The position numbers and the translations under genes are program-made. The notes below the pieces were generated by a model. That model was not told the DNA's origin. It saw only the letters and a list, made by a program, of their open reading frames with translations, and searched no databases. DNA of 63,785 nucleotides, the filler included, from Octopus bimaculoides (Eukaryota), in assembly GCF_001194135.2 (NCBI RefSeq). It is 9 parts of 9 records of this genome, joined end to end, with 100 filler letters (N's around TTAATTAATTAA, not from the genome) between each part and the next. Parts side by side here need not be neighbours in the genome. Positions count along the whole stretch, not along the records: positions 62,414 to 63,785 come from NW_026425887.1; 8 more parts are not named here. One strand, written 5' to 3'. Below, one piece after another: positions 62,415 through 63,785 of this stretch; the first letter of the stretch is position 1, and each line of letters opens with the position of its first letter.

Positions 62415-63785
62415 AAAGACCATAAGAAAAACTTTCACGTAAATCCTACTGTTAGACTCATTTACCCAACTAGATCTGATATTGGTAGATTAAGTAAGCT
62501 TATTTTAGATAATGTTATACCGTTCATTATTCCTAACCTTACTCTTAAATTATGGATTAATACAGATGAAGCTCTTAATTGGTTTAACTCTATTGACAAC
62601 AATAATATTTTTTCCTTCATCCAATTCGATATCAACAATTACTATTCTAGCATTTCTCCGATACTCCGTAACAAAGCTCTCATATTTGCTAAAAATAGAT
62701 CCCTAATTACTAGAGAAAAATTGACATAATACTTTTAGCTAGAAAAACCATCATCGAATTCGAAGATAAGCTCTGGACCAGATCTGACACCCCTGAGAAC
62801 TTTGATATCCCAATGGGATCAAGTGATTCGACTGAAATAACAAATTTGGTTGGAGCATATCTTCTATATTGCCTAAATAGGGAAATTCCTGAACTCCAAG
62901 GAGGCCTTTATAGGGATGATGCGTTATTTATCAAACCCACCAACAACAAATCAACCATCGAGAGAATGAGAAATAATATTAGAAAATTCTTTAAAAGCTT
63001 TAACCTTAGCATTACTTTTGAATATAGTACTAAAATCGTTAACTGTCTTGATACCACTCTTAATATTAGCTCTAAATTGCACTATCCCTATAGAAAAGAA
63101 AATGAAGTCACTAAATTTGTAAATAGATCATCGAATCACCCCCCCCCAATATTTTAANNNNNNNNNNGAAAAGAAAATGAAGTCACTAAATTTGTAAATA
63201 GATCATCGAATCACCCCCCCCCAATATTTTAAAATCTATTGTAAGAAAACATTTCCCATAGATTAACTAAACTGTCCTCAAACCATGACATCTTAAAATC
63301 TAATTCTCATTACTACAATGAAGCCTTATCGAGAGCGGGCTATGACCAAAAAAATTCTTTCCTTATTCCTAAATCCATTAAATGTGATAGTAACAATAAT
63401 GATGATAATACTAATAATGATAATCTAATTATCCTAAATAATGTTACCAATAATAAAAATTTAATTATCGTAAATAATGGTAAGAAAAGACCTACTAATA
63501 ATAACCTATCCTGCTTAAACAATAGGAATAAAAATTTAATACAACCTCATAAATGCCTACACAACCATATTAACACCAATAAAATACCTAGCTTAAGAAA
63601 TTATAATAATGACCATAACAGTTAAAATAGGAAAATTACTTTACATAATAAAATATATCCTAATAAGAAAACTACGAATGATAATAGAAACAACAATATA
63701 ACCCCAAATACTTATGATAACCACAAACCCCCTTGATATTACAAATTTAGAAGAAAAAATTCTATATGGCTTAACATCCCTTACA
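62415..63785 (+). mobile_element. Penelope-like element reverse transcriptase pseudo-ORF, running off the window end
   Basis: KDHKKNFHVNPTVRLIYPTRSDIGRLSK..FIQFDINNYYSSI..FDIPMGSSDSTEITNLVG..GLYRDD..NCLD..SNHPP..EALSRAGY..RRKNSIWLNIPY. Frameshifts near 62718, 63140 and 63248; TAA at 63623 and TGA at 63734. Confidence 0.9.

Noticed and set aside
63093-63232. 65-bp direct repeat either side of a 10-N gap inside the PLE ORF
   Set aside because: Identical copies flanking a minimal gap indicate unmerged overlapping contig ends, not a real duplication.
63734-63736. In-frame TGA in a Naiad-like PLE as a possible selenocysteine codon
   Set aside because: The copy also has a TAA and several frameshifts, the TGA lies in the low-complexity linker, and no SECIS is visible in the window; decay is the simpler explanation.

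Overview
Eukaryotic, AT-rich, largely non-coding DNA crowded with microsatellites, tRNA-derived SINEs, MITEs and decayed retroelements. The repeat landscape fits a coleoid cephalopod, probably Octopus (inference from my recall of these families, not a database result). It is a draft assembly with many N gaps, eight of them 100-bp spacers (44N-TTAATTAATTAA-44N) that look artificial, so adjacency across them is uncertain. No complete gene, CRISPR array or prokaryotic feature is present, and nearly all ORF-track entries are microsatellite or N artefacts. The best-supported biology is a Penelope-like element (PLE) system: a disabled PLE reverse transcriptase ORF with an Asn-rich insert (62.4-63.8 kb), and two families of short repeats carrying minimal type I hammerhead ribozymes. 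One hammerhead is structurally intact, and one family twice forms inverted foldbacks. Also present are CR1-, R4/Dong- and RTE-like remnants, an internally deleted 5S rRNA pseudogene, a repeat with a variable 66-bp internal array, a Tc1/mariner-type MITE with variable 85-bp units, a pre-miRNA-like hairpin, and a few candidate minus-strand exons, one encoding a dileucine sorting motif. SINE boundaries are read by eye and approximate.
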